Positions 29,752-43,080 are shown, counted from the first letter of the stretch. The stretch is 64,000 nucleotides of DNA from Eledone cirrhosa (GCA_964016885.1 OZ024745.1:133920001-133984000), one strand, 5' to 3'. Numbers and translations: made by a program. Notes: generated from the letters alone by a model not told the origin.

Positions 29752-30409
29752 ATATATATGAGAGACGTAAAATAAGAAAATTAACTTACTTACTAAAATT
29801 TCACTCCAACTAATTAGTTTCTGAAAGGGAATAAACATACTTTTGCTAGCATACGTATGCATCTGTATATATATGTTACTAGATATACTAATTCTTTATA
29901 ATTATCTCCAAATTATTTTGTCGAGCAAAAATTGGCCAATATTGCTAACAGTCCGGCTGCTGTCTTCTTAACAAACCACTCTTCACTGATTGACCTCGAT
30001 GTCACGTGATTGATTCTTTTGAATTTGCCACCGACGCGGTAGGCAGTGATTTTCTCAATGGCTTGGAATTTAGTCCACGCTTTGCTTTTTTCCATCCACT
30101 GAATTATTTTTTTATAAGTTCCCTGTGTCCACGTATTGCCTGGAAACTTAGCTGAGAATAGACTTCCCTGATGACGAAAGGCTTCTCTGTACGTTTCTTC
30201 GGAAAGTATGTTTATTCCCTTTCAGAAACTAATTAGTTGGAGTGAAATTTTAGTAAGTAAGTTAATTTTATAATTTTCTTATTTTACGTCTCTCATATTA
30301 TTGTTCTGCATCCCCATGCATTGAACCACAAAGTTACTAAGACAAAACCTATATATTTGCTAACATAAGTATGCATCTGTGTATATATATGTTACTAGAT
30401 ATACTAATT

Positions 30410-30486
<77 letters not shown>

Positions 30487-30524
30487 ATATTAACAAATGG
30501 AAACTATATTTATAAAACCATATT

Positions 30525-30589
30525 TATTTCATTATACATATTTCAAGGACACCAAAGCAAATTATGGTGCGCTTTCATCAGATAAAATA
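30525..30589 (-). ncRNA. Type-I hammerhead ribozyme (within a ~190-bp repeat also found at 60470-60655)
   Basis: Minus strand TATTTTAT-CTGATGA-AAGCGCACCA..TGGTGTCCTT-GAAA-TATGTA-TA-ATGAAATA. Confidence 0.75.
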
Positions 30590-31652
30590 TAATATAGATC
30601 AGTTTTATAAACAAATATTGACATACCCTTAAAGAATGCGACCATGTCGGTTGGAAGCTCCCGGATAGTGGGGTTACTAATTTTATTTTTTATTATTGGT
30701 CTATTATGCAAATTAGTGTCGGAGAGGTTTAAATCCCATACATTTAAATTAAGCCGTTGGAATAGGGAAAAAGAAAAAGAAAAAGAAAGAATGAAAGAAA
30801 AACAAAAGAAAGAGAAAGAGAGAAAACCCTAAGTGAGAGAGTGTTGTATTAACGTAATTTTATGAGATGATGAAGCGAAAAGATAAATATATATTGGATG
30901 AATTACGCGCTGTAAATAAATAAAGCGTGGATAAATAAATAAATAAATAAATAGCAATAACCGGACAATTTTATCTAATGTTTAAATTTGATTAAATTAT
31001 TGAGATCTATAAATTAAAAATTGAGATCTATATATTATTAAAAGAATATATATATATACTCATATATATATATATATATATATACTGTCAAAAAATATTA
31101 TTAAAATATATGTTATTATTACATAACCTTACATAAATTTATTATTAATCATCAACCAACAATTAATTATTAAGTTTTCAATTAACAATAAAACTTATAA
31201 GAAATAACAAAATATATGTTTAAAATATAGGAATGTTCAGAGATTTTACCGAAGAAAAATCTCTTCTTAGTAATAGCAATACAGCGTGGGGGAAAATTTA
31301 TTGATTTATTTGTAATTTAGATAGTTCTAAGGATTAAATGTTATAAAAGTTAAGATGATAAAAAAATGTTAAGAGAACCTTATATTATTTTATAGTAAGT
31401 TATAATTATATAAATGTTATATATTTTATATAAATCCACCTGTTATACAGTTGTGACTGTTAAAATATAAGTTTGTTTACTATAACGTCTTAATGTTTAA
31501 AGTTTTTCATAAGAATATATCTAAAGCATAAACCGTAAAAAACCTTTTATATGAGTTCATTCATAGAATGTATTCAAATTATACATTTCGATATATATAC
31601 ACACACATATACACAGACATACATACATGCATACATACGCATATATACACAC

Positions 31653-31693
<41 letters not shown>

Positions 31694-32249
31694 TATATAT
31701 ATATACATACATATACACACATACATATACACATATACATATATATATATATATATAAATACAAAATACGTAATATAAAATAAAATATGAGTTATAATTT
31801 AAAAAGGATTATAATTTTAAAAGGAATTACAATTTTTAAAAAAGATATAATTATATAATTTTAGAAGGAATTATATTTTTAAGCAATGTAATTTTAAGCA
31901 ATATAATTCTAAAAATGTGTAATTTTTAAGCAATATAATTTTAAAAATATATATAAGAATATATAGAAAAAACACAGTATAAAATATGAATTATAATTTT
32001 TTGTATATCCATCAGAGGAATTAACAAAAAAAAACTTTTTTTTAGAAACTTTCAGTATGTTAATCTTAATTTTTTATACCCATTTTTTTTTAAACTTTCA
32101 GTATGTTTATCTAGAAGAATTTTCAAGGAAAAATTTTAAGGAAAAAGATTTTCTTCATTTAAGAGAGTTTTTGGCAGTCGTATGAAGGAATCTAATGATT
32201 TATCGATAGGTTTAATAAGATGAGTTATATATTACATTTTAAATTTATA

Positions 32250-32712
32250 TTTAAACGTTGAATTTAATCTATGTTTGCAAGAACTGAAAAGATTGTTCCT
32301 TAAATTCACAGAATTTTTGCTTTTTAATAAAAGAATATTTCCTCTCTACAAAGAGCACAACTTTCCGAAGAGGCGTTAAATGGAGGAGCTTTTGAAATAA
32401 TATTCCAAAGTAAAGAATAGTTAATGTTCTTTAATTTTAGGTCCCATAGTAAGCTAGATAGAGAAGTTGAAGATTTTTTATTTATATTCGTAAAAGAGCA
32501 GTTATAGTTATTAAAGCGAGATTTAAAGTCTCTGGAATTAGAACCTACATAATTAAATGAATTTAAATTAGTTTTTACATTACAATTATATATTATATTT
32601 TTAGCTAAACAATTGTTATTTAACGGACAGTTAGATTTTTTTCTACAGTTACATTTATCAAAATTGAAGTTACTAGGAGCCGTATTATTAAATTGGATAT
32701 TGCTGGGGTTGT

Positions 32713-32713
<1 letters not shown>
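32250..32713 (-). mobile_element. Penelope-like element GIY-YIG fragment (AT-rich 3' UTR probably extends to ~31 kb)
   Basis: CNCRKKSNCPLNNNCLAKNIIY...YVGSNSRDFKSRFNN...TSLS..LWDLK...W.I...CALCREE. The 5' end abuts (TA)n. Confidence 0.85.
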
Positions 32714-32789
<76 letters not shown>

Positions 32790-33193
32790 GATAACAAGTT
32801 ATCGTTTTAGGTGATCCAGTTAGAGCAACCGTATTTTGTACTTATTTTTTACTTATCTTTTATTATTGATCTTATTATTTTCACACACACTCACACACAC
32901 ATGTATATATATATATATATATAAATTTGTGAAGGAACATGGACTGTGTTGTTGCTGGAAAAAGTGTATTTATAAATAAGAGGAAAGCACGAACGGGGAG
33001 GCTAGTTTCCCTTCATCAGTTATCTTCTGGAGATCATGGACATTTCTACACATTAAAGACAATGTCTAGCTCCAGTGCGTCAATAACTGAAGGAAGTTAT
33101 TGGGGAAAAATTAAGAGAGAGAAAAAATATAACACAAGGGTAAAAAGAAAGAAACGTATATATATATATATATATATGAAGCTTTTAAAATTA

Positions 33194-33245
<52 letters not shown>

Positions 33246-33304
33246 CACCAATTTTAAAAGCTTCAAGGCATTGAAATATATATATATATATAATTATTTG
33301 TCCT

Positions 33305-33470
33305 TCTCTCTGTTTGTCTGTCTTCTCCTTATGTCTGTCTTCTCCTTGTGCCTGTCTTCTCCTTATGTTTGGAAAAACGGCTCAACCAGTTCAAATCAAA
33401 TTTTACATACAATATAAAATATTGGACCTAAAATCATCCTTTCGAGAAACGTGAATCCACTACTTCTATG
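33305..33470 (+). mobile_element. Possible non-autonomous Helitron/Helentron (DINE-1/HINE-like) 5' segment
   Basis: TGTCTGTC repeats followed by GAAAAACGGCTCAACCAGTTCAAATCAAATTTT, resembling the conserved block of such elements. Confidence 0.4.
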
Positions 33471-33766
33471 CAATGGTACACTTTATTCCACGTTGTTCCA
33501 GTTTACTCATGTATAAATGAGATGATAGGACTGGGGTCCCTATCATTAAATCACCCAAGACACCTCCAGCGAGATATATCTCGGAGGAGGCCAGCTAAAC
33601 CTGCATAGGTGTGAGCTGTCACACACACATATATATTAACACACACACACACACACGCACACACACACACACATAGAAAGATCACATAACTCACCGTGGA
33701 GACGTAGAGGCACTGTCGCACGGGGTGTCTAGGGCACATTTAAACCTGGGGGAGCCAGGAATAATC

Positions 33767-33921
33767 AACCCCAGTACTGGACTGGTACCTTTTTATCGAC
33801 CTCGAAAGGATGAAAGGCAAAGTTGACTACGGTGGGATTTGAACTCAGAGCGCACAAAGAGGTGGGACGAATACCGTAAAGCATTCCATCCGACGTCTTA
33901 ACGACTCTGCCAATTCGCCGT
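33767..33921 (-). mobile_element. Major SINE family, diverged copy
   Basis: TTTTATCGACCTCGAAAGGATGAAAGGCAAAGTTGAC...GGATTTGAACTC. Confidence 0.8.
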
Positions 33922-33989
33922 CTATATATATTTACATATGAATACATACATATATTTACAAATATACACACAGACACATACATATATAA

Positions 33990-34547
33990 AGATCTTGTAG
34001 AAAAATCCAAGGGTAAGAGCACTCAGTTCATAGTGCGAATTAAGCATAATTAGTTACAACAGTGACATATACAGGTGCTTAAGTTTCGTTGGTTTATCCA
34101 CCCCAACTCATTCTAAAACCTTTATAAAAACAAATATATGCTCCGGTGGTTGAATCTGGTTTCCTTTCTGAAGATTATTCGAGAGTTCAAAGGCAGGTAA
34201 TTTCGAAAGTAGTTATAAATAGCTATGAGCAAAAGTATTAAGTAGGTTACAAAACTAATGTCAGGAGGGGAGGGGGATATTTAACTCAAAGAATTCAAAT
34301 TCCTTGACATACAAATTAGTCAAGAAACTATATTCCTTGACATCAGGATTAGTTGATCAGGTCTAAACCATGTACTCAGAATGTACCTAGTTTCGTGCGG
34401 ACAGCGGCTAAAACTGTCAAGTCGTGTATTTAAGCAGTGTTTATCTGAAGCCAATTGAGAGAGCCTATTCCATTTTTCTGAGTTACAAACGCGGTAAAAT
34501 TTCGTCCCATTAACATAGGCGGTAGATTTTTCTAATATACTCCAGTA
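33990..34547 (-). mobile_element. Penelope-like element extreme 3' fragment
   Basis: YWSILEKSTAY..GTKF.RVCNSEK...CLNTR...RCPH is homologous to the C-terminus of the 23.3-kb GIY-YIG ORF. A degenerate hammerhead lies at ~34070-34118. Confidence 0.7.
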
Positions 34548-34640
34548 TGCATGCATACATACATGCATGCATACATACATACATACATACATACATACAT
34601 ACATACATACATACATACATACATACATACATACATACAT

Positions 34641-35538
34641 AATCCTAATCAATGTTCAAAGAAGATGAAAAAATTGACCAATTTACAGAAAAAGTTGTGC
34701 ATGGATACTTGAGACGTAAAACACAGACCATAGAGGGAATAAACCACTCAAAAAGCCTGGCATGGAGTTCCGACAAGTTTATGACATCACACCTTGAGGG
34801 ATATCTCTATGCAATACAGGAACAAGAACTCCCTACCAAATATCTGCTGCACAAAAGGGGAGGGCCAGCAGCCGAGAATAAATGTAGGCTATGTAAAACG
34901 AAGATCGAGGAAGTAAGCCACATTGTTGCCAGCTGCGAAAGAATGTCATCTCGCTACTACCTTCCCATGAGACACGATGGGATACCTAGAACCATCTGGA
35001 ACGCACTTCGGAAAACAAAATTAACAACAAACGAGGAAGAATAAATTGAGACAGATGGCACTAAGGAATACTGGTGGGACCTGAAAATAAAAACTGTCAC
35101 CAAATTAAAGCACAACCAGCCTGATATTGTTGTTTGGGACCACACATTGAAAACGTGTTCTGTTGTGGAGATCAGCTACCCACTTGATGTAAACGTTGTC
35201 AGAAAAATACAGGAGAAGGAGGATATCTACGGACCATTGATGATGAGTTTACAAATCCAGTACCCAAGATACACCTTTAGATTCATACCCATCATTATTG
35301 GAGCTACGGGTTATATACCAACCCGCTTGGACCAAAATATGACTGAACTTGGATTTGCGGACAAAAAGCGTAGCTCCCTAGTTCATAGTCTACAAATGGC
35401 TGCGATAGCTGGTACCGTCAAAATTTGCAAAACATTCTTGCGATTCAAGGGATGACAATTTTTTTTCCTTTCCAACCTTGCCACCAGGAAGGTGGCAGGT
35501 CAAAAAAATATACTCGAAATTAAGAGAAAGAGATAACA
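34641..35538 (+). mobile_element. 5'-truncated copy of the R4/Dong-like element (pseudogenised)
   Basis: Highly similar to 40667-41560, with a premature TAA at 35042 and C>Y changes. Flanked by (CATA)n on both sides. Confidence 0.95.
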
Positions 35539-35632
35539 TAATACATACATACATACATACATACATACATACATACATACATACATACATACATACATAC
35601 ATACATACATACATACATACATACATACATAC

Positions 35633-35948
35633 GTTTTAAGAAAAATACAGACGGGTGACATCTATGCACCATTGATGAGCAGATCTAGTATCCAAGATAC
35701 ACCTTCAGCTTCATTCCCATTATTATAGGAGTTACAGGTTATATACCAAACCGTTTGAACCGTACTATGACTGAACTTAGATTTGTGGACAAAGTGCAGC
35801 TCCCTAATTCATAGACTACAAATGGCTGCGATAGCTGACACCTTCAAAATTTGCAAAACATACTTGCGATTCAATTTCTTTTCTTTTACAACCTTGCCAC
35901 CGGGAAGGTGACTGGTAAAAAGGTACTCTAAATAAAGAGAAAGAGAAC
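35633..35948 (+). mobile_element. Older, shorter 3' fragment of the same R4/Dong-like family
   Basis: Diverged, indel-bearing homologue of 41220-41560 with the same 3' UTR hairpin and AGAGAAAGAGAA end, lying between CATA repeats. Confidence 0.9.
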
Positions 35949-36029
35949 ATGCATACATATATATATATTTACTTACATACATATGCATATACATACACAT
36001 ACATACATACGTACATATGTACATATATA

Positions 36030-36572
36030 GTGGCTGCCAACTCGTTTTCGAGTACGACCACTACTTTATATCCATGTAGGAGAACCTCTACCGATACGCT
36101 GAACGAGTGTGGCTTTTTAGTCCAGCCAGCGACTTGAAAACTCTGGTACAGACACTACAGTTGTGACAATTATTGACACATAGTGCTGGGCCCATGGTAC
36201 CATGTGACGACATGTGCAGAGAGATCTCCAGATATAAAGCAATGCCTGTGCCGTGAAGCTTTTATAGTGAGCAAAGGCTCGGCACAAAGCCAGTCCCACT
36301 CTCTTAACCAAGATGATATTTACCAAAAAGAAGAACAAGTCAACATCATTGGATACCATCAGGGTTGCAGGTGTTATATCAGAGTTTTCCTTCTAGAATT
36401 CTACCTTGACAAAGGCTAAGGGGTCATCTCTCCCGGTGATTTTGGCTGGCCATTGACTCTTAAGAGCTCCTTTACCCTTTGGTGGGGTTGCCAGTTTAGT
36501 CGCCAACGACCCGACCATGAGACAGGTTGTACTGGGATACATGTTACCAGTAACACCAACTGGTGACCTGAC
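36030..36572 (-). mobile_element. Non-autonomous bipartite RTE derivative, copy A (with a ~60-bp internal deletion)
   Basis: Near-identical to copies B and C, comprising an RTE 5' UTR joined to an RTE 3' end. Confidence 0.85.
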
Positions 36573-36669
36573 ATAATGTACATATATACGTATATAGATA
36601 CATACATACATGCATATATATATATATACATACATACGTGCATACATACATACGTACATACATACATTG

Positions 36670-37278
36670 ATGGTGGCTGCCAACTCGTTTTCGAGTACGG
36701 CCACTTCTTTATATCCATGTAGGAGAACCCCTACCGATGCGCTGAACGAGTGTGACTTTTTAGTCCAGCCAGCGACTTGGAAACTCTGGTACAAACACTA
36801 GACTTGTGACAATTATTGACACATAGTGCTGGGCCCATGATATCATGTGACAACAAGTGCAGAGAGATCTCCAGATACAAAGCAATGCCTGTACCGTGAA
36901 GCTTTTATAGTGAGCAAAGGCACTGCACAAAGCCAGTCCCACTCTCTTAACCAAGATGATATTTACCAAAAAGAAGAACAATTCAACATCATTGGATACC
37001 ATCAGGGTTGCAGGTGTTATATCAGAGTTTTCCTTCTCCTAGAATTCTGCCTTGACAAAGGCTAAGGGGTCATCTCTCCCGGTGATTTTGGATGGCCATT
37101 GACTCTTAAGAGCTCCTTTGCCCTTTGACAGGTTTTGTTTTTAGTCCTGCAGGATGTCCAAAGTCATCCTCCTCACCAAGAAACCTTGGTGGGGTTGGCA
37201 GTTTAGTCGCCAACGACCCGACCATGAGACAGGTTGTACTGGGATACATGTTACCAGTAGCACCAACAGGTGACCTGA
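36670..37278 (-). mobile_element. Non-autonomous bipartite RTE derivative, copy B
   Basis: Contains the RTE 5' UTR motif TCTAGGAGAAGGAAAACTCTGA and the 3' C2H2-finger remnant. It has the same ends as copies A and C. Confidence 0.85.
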
Positions 37279-37364
37279 TATAATTGATACATACATACAT
37301 TGATACATACATACATACATATATACATACGTACATTGATACATACATACATACATACATACAT

Positions 37365-40300
37365 ATGGCGGACGTGTGTAATTACGGCTTACATGAAGGC
37401 AACATACCATATATTGGAAAAAGTTGAGCTACATTACGCGGTAAGATTACATACAATAATTCTACATAAGTGTTTGAACTGTAAGTGTGTTGTAAAACAC
37501 CTATTTATATGAACGATACATACACTTATGATATATGAACGATACATATACTTTAACATATAAATGCAACGTTGTTATATTACATTTATAAAGAAATATA
37601 AAAGTAACGTTTTCGATTCAGAAACAAAAATATAAGTGTTTGAACTGTGAATGTTGTGAATATGTTGTAGAACACCTATTTATATGAATGATACATAAAC
37701 TTTAACATATAAATACAGCGTTGTTATATTATATTACATTCGTAAAGGAATATACTAAGTAACGGTTCTTTTTGTTCTCGATTCAAACGATTCAAGAACA
37801 ACGTTTAAAACACAGTTGTAGAATTAAAAACTAACTGAAAAGAAATATTACCCAAGCTGTGAATAACTTTAAATTTGATTCTGACAGAACTTTGTCGTAA
37901 CTTTTAAAGAAGATCATCGACTATTTAAAAAAAAATAAATACAAAATATTAGTGAATAGACGAACTCATCATGGCAAAAAGTACAAGTCTCCTTCGACCA
38001 AATCGCAATTACAACCGTTGTATACAGTGGAGCTACGAGCTTAACAAAGAATTATATGAAGCATACAAACAATCTGAACCCCAAAAGTTCGGTTTTATGC
38101 AAAGGCTAAAAACTTTATGGAACTCCAAACACCCAGAATTAGACTTTTCTCCAAAGCATCTAAATGAACAGGCAAAACGTATCATTAGATGTAAATTGAT
38201 ACATCTAACGGAATCGAGTGATACTACAAATACAGCCCTTGTAAACAACCACCCCACCTCCACTGACAGACAAAGAGAATGGCCAGCTAAATCTAACAGT
38301 GAACAGCTCACCAACAATTTTGCTGAAATCCATCCCACTTCCACTGAAGAACAGCGAGAAAGGTCAGCTGACTCTAGTAGTAATTGTCACCACATCAACA
38401 ACGAGGCTGCAATTCATGACTCTACTGAACAAACAGAGCACCAAAAACTTGTGGGCACCCTACAAGTGATATGGAACGATATGTTTCAAGAGATACACAG
38501 CCTTAATGTGAGTGACAGACCATACAACACTAGAGTCAGTAAAGAACCCACTAAATTGGAATTGGAAGCGGTGAACGAAATAGCTGGCAATTATCTGAAG
38601 GCTATGCGATCTAAAGGTGTAGAAACGACATTTGAAACGCTCAATGTTTTGTTATATGTTTCAGCTGTCACATTGCTATCATATAACACACATCTAAAAC
38701 CACGCAATCAAGATACAAACAGAAAGCCTGAACCAGCGTGGATGCGAAATTTAAAAACCAAAATTTTGTCCCTGAGACGAAGTATCTCACACATCGCAGT
38801 CGTTATGAAATGCAACATAGAGAGAAACTTCACACGACACCAGGAAGACCTAAAGAAAAAGTTAGAGAGACGATTTGGAGATACCAAATTTAAAACTTTG
38901 AACTCCAAATTACACCAGTTGAAACAACAACTCACAGCTACAACAGAAAGACTAAAATATAAGTCAACAGCCCATAAACGACAAGTGCTAAATAGATTGT
39001 TTGCCAGAGATCCTAAATCAGTTTATCGCAGCTTCGGTGGCAAAAGCTCAATCCCTGTAAACGACACCCCTTCAAAAGAACAGGTTGAGAACTACTGGAG
39101 ATCTGTATGGGAAACGGATGACGGATTCAACAGACAAGCTAATTGGCTAAAACAACTGGAACAGGACTACTGCCAACATGTCCAGACAAAACAATATGAC
39201 ATAGATGGGTCAATACTGGAAACAGCTCTACAGAAAATGTCGAATAGGAAATCGCCAGGCCCAGACCTCATTACAGGATACTGGTTGAAGAATTTCACTT
39301 TCTATCGGCAAGATCTCATACGGCTGTTTACAGAAACCATTAAGGGCACACAAGAACTGCCCAGATGGTTATCAACTGCCACTACTCTCCTCATTCCCAA
39401 AAATAGCCAAACCACCCTTGCTAAAAATTACCGCCCAATTGCCTGCCAAAACATCATGTATAAATTATATACTGGGTGCCTTAACCTGTTCTTACAGGAT
39501 CACTGTGCTACCAACAACATCATAACACCTGAGCAAGCTGGTGGAAAGAGGGAGGTGTGGGGTTGCATAGATCACCTACTAACTAACAAAATGATTCAGG
39601 AAAAAACAACAAAGAATCGCAGAAACATGACTGTCGTGTGGCTGGACTATCAAAAAGCATTTGATAGTGTACCTCATGGGTGGATTATTAAGGCTTTACA
39701 GTTAGCTAAAGTCCCACAACCATTAGTAGCTGCTGTTGAACGCCTGACCAAGAACTGGTACACCAATTTGATCCTTAGAGGTGAGAAGGAGCAGGTTAAG
39801 ACTGATAGGATACATTACCAGAAGGGCATCTTTCAGGGTGATAGCTTGTCAGTACTACTCTTCGTTCTCTCACTGAATCCACTATCTTACCTACTCAGGA
39901 AACAAGGTGGACAAAGAAGTGGGCCCAGAAGTATCTCCCATCTTTTCTTTGTTGATGACCTGAAGTTGTATGGGCTAAATATCAATGACATCAAGAAACA
40001 ATTGGACCTCATTACACAATTTTCAACCGACATCAAAATGAAATTTGGTGAGTCCAAGTGTGCATATTTGGCAGTAAAACGTGGAAGAGCTGTGCCCTCC
40101 TCTAGAAATCTAGATATGAACGGCCTGACAATACAACCTCTGCAGTCAGGTGACAACTACAGATATCTTGGACAGGATGAGAATGTCAGATATGATGGAC
40201 CCATAAATAAGGAGAGAACCAGAACTGAATACCTCAGAAGAGTAAAAAAAATATGGTCATCAGAACTGTCAGCATACAACAAATACATTGCCCACAATAC

Positions 40301-41560
40301 CTATGCTGTGCCAGTTCTAACGCCAACATTTGGCCTACTGAACTGGTCATTGCAAGAACTAAGTGAGATGGATGTTAGAACTCGAAAACTTCTCAGTGTT
40401 ACTGGGAACTTTAACATCAATGGTGATGTGGATAGGCTATACTTCTCACGCAAGGAAGGTGGCCGGGGTCTAAAATCAATATTAACAACATATGAGACCC
40501 GGATAGTAACACTGAAGCAACACCTTCAACAGAGGAAAAAGGTTGGCGACCATCTTGCTCAGGTTTATGAGCATGAAAAAAGAAATATCATTAGAATAGC
40601 GACTGATCTGGAGGAGAGATATGGAATAAAGCCTGATATAAATCTCTCACCCAGAGAAATCGGAAGATCCTATTCAATGTTCAAACAAGAAACAAAAATT
40701 GACCAATTTACAGAGAAAGTTGTGCATGGATACTTGAGGCGTAAAACACAGACCATAGAGGGGATAAACCACTCAAAAAGCCTGGCATGGAGTTCCGACA
40801 AGTTTATGACATCACACCTTGAGGGATATCTCTATGCAATACAGGAACAAGAACTCCCTACCAAATATCTGCTGCACAAAAGAGGAGGGCCAGCAGCTGA
40901 CAATAAATGTAGGCTATGTAAAACAAAGATCGAGGATGTAAGCCACATTGTTGCCAGCTGCGAAAGAATGTCATCTCGCTACTACCTCCCCATGAGACAC
41001 GATGGGATAGCTAGAACTATCTGGAACGCACTTCGGAAAACAAAATTAACAACAAACGAGGAAGAATATATTGAGACAGATGGCACTAAGGAATACTGGT
41101 GGAACCTGAAAATAAAAACTGCCACCAAATTAAAGCACAACCGGCCTGATATTGTAGTTTGGGACCACACATTGAAAACGTGTTCTATTGTGGAGATCAG
41201 CTGCCCACTTGATGTAAACGTTGTCAGAAATATACAGGAGAAGGAGGACATCTACGGACCATTGATGAGGAGCTTACAAATCCAGTATCCAAGATACACC
41301 TTTAGCTTCATACCCATCATTATTGGTGCTACGGGTTATATACCAACCCGCTTGGACCAAAGTATGACCGAACTTGGATTTGCGGACAAAAAGCGCAGCT
41401 CCCTAATTCATAGTCTACAAATGGCTGCGATAGCTGGCACCTTCAAAATATGCAAAACATTCTTGCGATTCAAGGGATGACAATTTCTTTTCTTTTACAA
41501 CCTTGCCACCAGGAAGGTGGCCGGTCAAAAAAATATACTCGAAATTAAGAGAAAGAGAAA
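37365..41560 (+). mobile_element. Apparently full-length R4/Dong-clade (RLE-type) non-LTR retrotransposon inserted in (CATA)n
   Basis: ~600-bp 5' UTR, a single intact ORF, and an 80-bp 3' UTR with a GCCACC-AGGAA-GGTGGC hairpin. CATA-type repeats lie on both flanks. The 5' boundary is inferred from the end of the microsatellite. Confidence 0.88.
37971..41480 (+). CDS. Non-LTR retrotransposon polyprotein, 1169 aa: N-terminal Myb-like region, reverse transcriptase, CCHC knuckle and restriction-like endonuclease
   Basis: [50 protein letters not shown]; [14 protein letters not shown]; RHD; RPDIV..VEISCP..KEDIY. There is no APE domain. Confidence 0.96.
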   Translation: MAKSTSLLRPNRNYNRCIQWSYELNKELYEAYKQSEPQKFGFMQRLKTLWNSKHPELDFSPKHLNEQAKRIIRCKLIHLTESSDTTNTALVNNHPTSTDRQREWPAKSNSEQLTNNFAEIHPTSTEEQRERSADSSSNCHHINNEAAIHDSTEQTEHQKLVGTLQVIWNDMFQEIHSLNVSDRPYNTRVSKEPTKLELEAVNEIAGNYLKAMRSKGVETTFETLNVLLYVSAVTLLSYNTHLKPRNQDTNRKPEPAWMRNLKTKILSLRRSISHIAVVMKCNIERNFTRHQEDLKKKLERRFGDTKFKTLNSKLHQLKQQLTATTERLKYKSTAHKRQVLNRLFARDPKSVYRSFGGKSSIPVNDTPSKEQVENYWRSVWETDDGFNRQANWLKQLEQDYCQHVQTKQYDIDGSILETALQKMSNRKSPGPDLITGYWLKNFTFYRQDLIRLFTETIKGTQELPRWLSTATTLLIPKNSQTTLAKNYRPIACQNIMYKLYTGCLNLFLQDHCATNNIITPEQAGGKREVWGCIDHLLTNKMIQEKTTKNRRNMTVVWLDYQKAFDSVPHGWIIKALQLAKVPQPLVAAVERLTKNWYTNLILRGEKEQVKTDRIHYQKGIFQGDSLSVLLFVLSLNPLSYLLRKQGGQRSGPRSISHLFFVDDLKLYGLNINDIKKQLDLITQFSTDIKMKFGESKCAYLAVKRGRAVPSSRNLDMNGLTIQPLQSGDNYRYLGQDENVRYDGPINKERTRTEYLRRVKKIWSSELSAYNKYIAHNTYAVPVLTPTFGLLNWSLQELSEMDVRTRKLLSVTGNFNINGDVDRLYFSRKEGGRGLKSILTTYETRIVTLKQHLQQRKKVGDHLAQVYEHEKRNIIRIATDLEERYGIKPDINLSPREIGRSYSMFKQETKIDQFTEKVVHGYLRRKTQTIEGINHSKSLAWSSDKFMTSHLEGYLYAIQEQELPTKYLLHKRGGPAADNKCRLCKTKIEDVSHIVASCERMSSRYYLPMRHDGIARTIWNALRKTKLTTNEEEYIETDGTKEYWWNLKIKTATKLKHNRPDIVVWDHTLKTCSIVEISCPLDVNVVRNIQEKEDIYGPLMRSLQIQYPRYTFSFIPIIIGATGYIPTRLDQSMTELGFADKKRSSLIHSLQMAAIAGTFKICKTFLRFKG

Positions 41561-41629
41561 ACATATATACATACATATATATACATATATATGTGCATAC
41601 ATACATACATATATTGATACATACATACA

Positions 41630-41685
<56 letters not shown>

Positions 41686-41688
<3 letters not shown>

Positions 41689-42114
41689 CGTAAGGTCTTC
41701 GAAATGCTTTTAATTAAGCATACAGTGTATTGCAAAATACACTATATATACATTCATATATATATCGCTATTTCAGAGCACCAATTCTAATTTTCAATTT
41801 CTGCTTGACCGGCAACCGCTCTGTATAATCAGTTCCTGATTATTACTAGAATTCTATAAGAATCAAACATTCATGATTTTCAGCAAACTGGTGGAGTAGT
41901 TAGCTTTGATAAATACCAAAAAGTACGAAACAGAGCTCTGTCAACTTTATCTCCCCCTGTTTGCTGAAAATTTAAAGTAAGTGAAACTGTAACTACTCTA
42001 AAACAATAGCGTAAGGTTTTCGAAATGCTTTTAATTAAGCATACAGTGTATTGCAAAATGCACTATATATACATTCATATATATATAGCTATTTCAGAGC
42101 ACCAATTCTAATTT
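41686..42114. repeat. ~107-bp direct repeat (41686-41792 / 42007-42113) enclosing a degenerate hammerhead
   Basis: TAGCGTAAGG...GCACCAATTCTAATTT is duplicated. TTGATAA-ATAC..GTAC-GAAA-CAGAGCTCTG-TC-AACT lies at 41902-41946. Confidence 0.75.
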
Positions 42115-42174
<60 letters not shown>

Positions 42175-42263
42175 TGATACATACATACATGTATACATAC
42201 ATAATACATGCATATATATATATACATACATACATTGATACATATATATATATACATACATGC

Positions 42264-42294
<31 letters not shown>

Positions 42295-42436
42295 TACATA
42301 CGTGCATACATACATACATACATACATACATACATACATACACACACCCACACGCATAAATACGTGCATACATGTATACGATCATACATACATACACACA
42401 CACACATACATACAGGCACATACATACATACATACA

Positions 42437-42467
<31 letters not shown>

Positions 42468-42813
42468 GAGAAGAAAACATTAAGAGTTATTTACAGTTGT
42501 CAATGGTTTAGTGATATGACGGTGTTTATTGGAGATGTTTTCGTTGCTCATTCAATGAGACGTGCTTCTTTTATAGGCAGACACACTACACGGCTTCGCG
42601 CCTTTCCATAAACAGGATGTCATAACCTCTATATAGTCTTCACTTATTTAAGGATTAAAGAACAACATAAAAATATCTTTCAATGCGAGACACACGCTCT
42701 AATAGACATACATATTTACATATATTCGAGTTTTTATTCTAGCGTAGGCATCCAAATCATTCTGCATTCATTCTGCAGTAATATATTTAATATATATATA
42801 GCGATATACCAGC

Positions 42814-43080
42814 ATATATATGTGTGAGTGCGTGTGCTTGTGTGTGCGTTTGTGCTCTGAGTGCTTATATATAGATTAATATATATGTATGTGTATATAT
42901 GCCTGCGCGTATGTAAGGATATGCATATAGATACATATATATATATATATATGTATCTATATGCATATCCTTACATACGCGCAGGCATATATACACATAC
43001 ATATATATTAATCTATATATAAGCACTCATAGCACAAACACACACACACACACACACGCACACGCACTCACACATATATA
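42814..43080. repeat. Fold-back palindrome centred on (TA)n
   Basis: GAGTGCTTATATATAGATTAAT...GCCTGCGCGTATGTAAGGATATGC is mirrored by GCATATCCTTACATACGCGCAGGC...ATTAATCTATATATAAGCACTC. Confidence 0.9.

Noticed and set aside
38033-41251. Antisense ORFs within the R4-like element
   Set aside because: Short shadow frames opposite a long real ORF, with no motifs.
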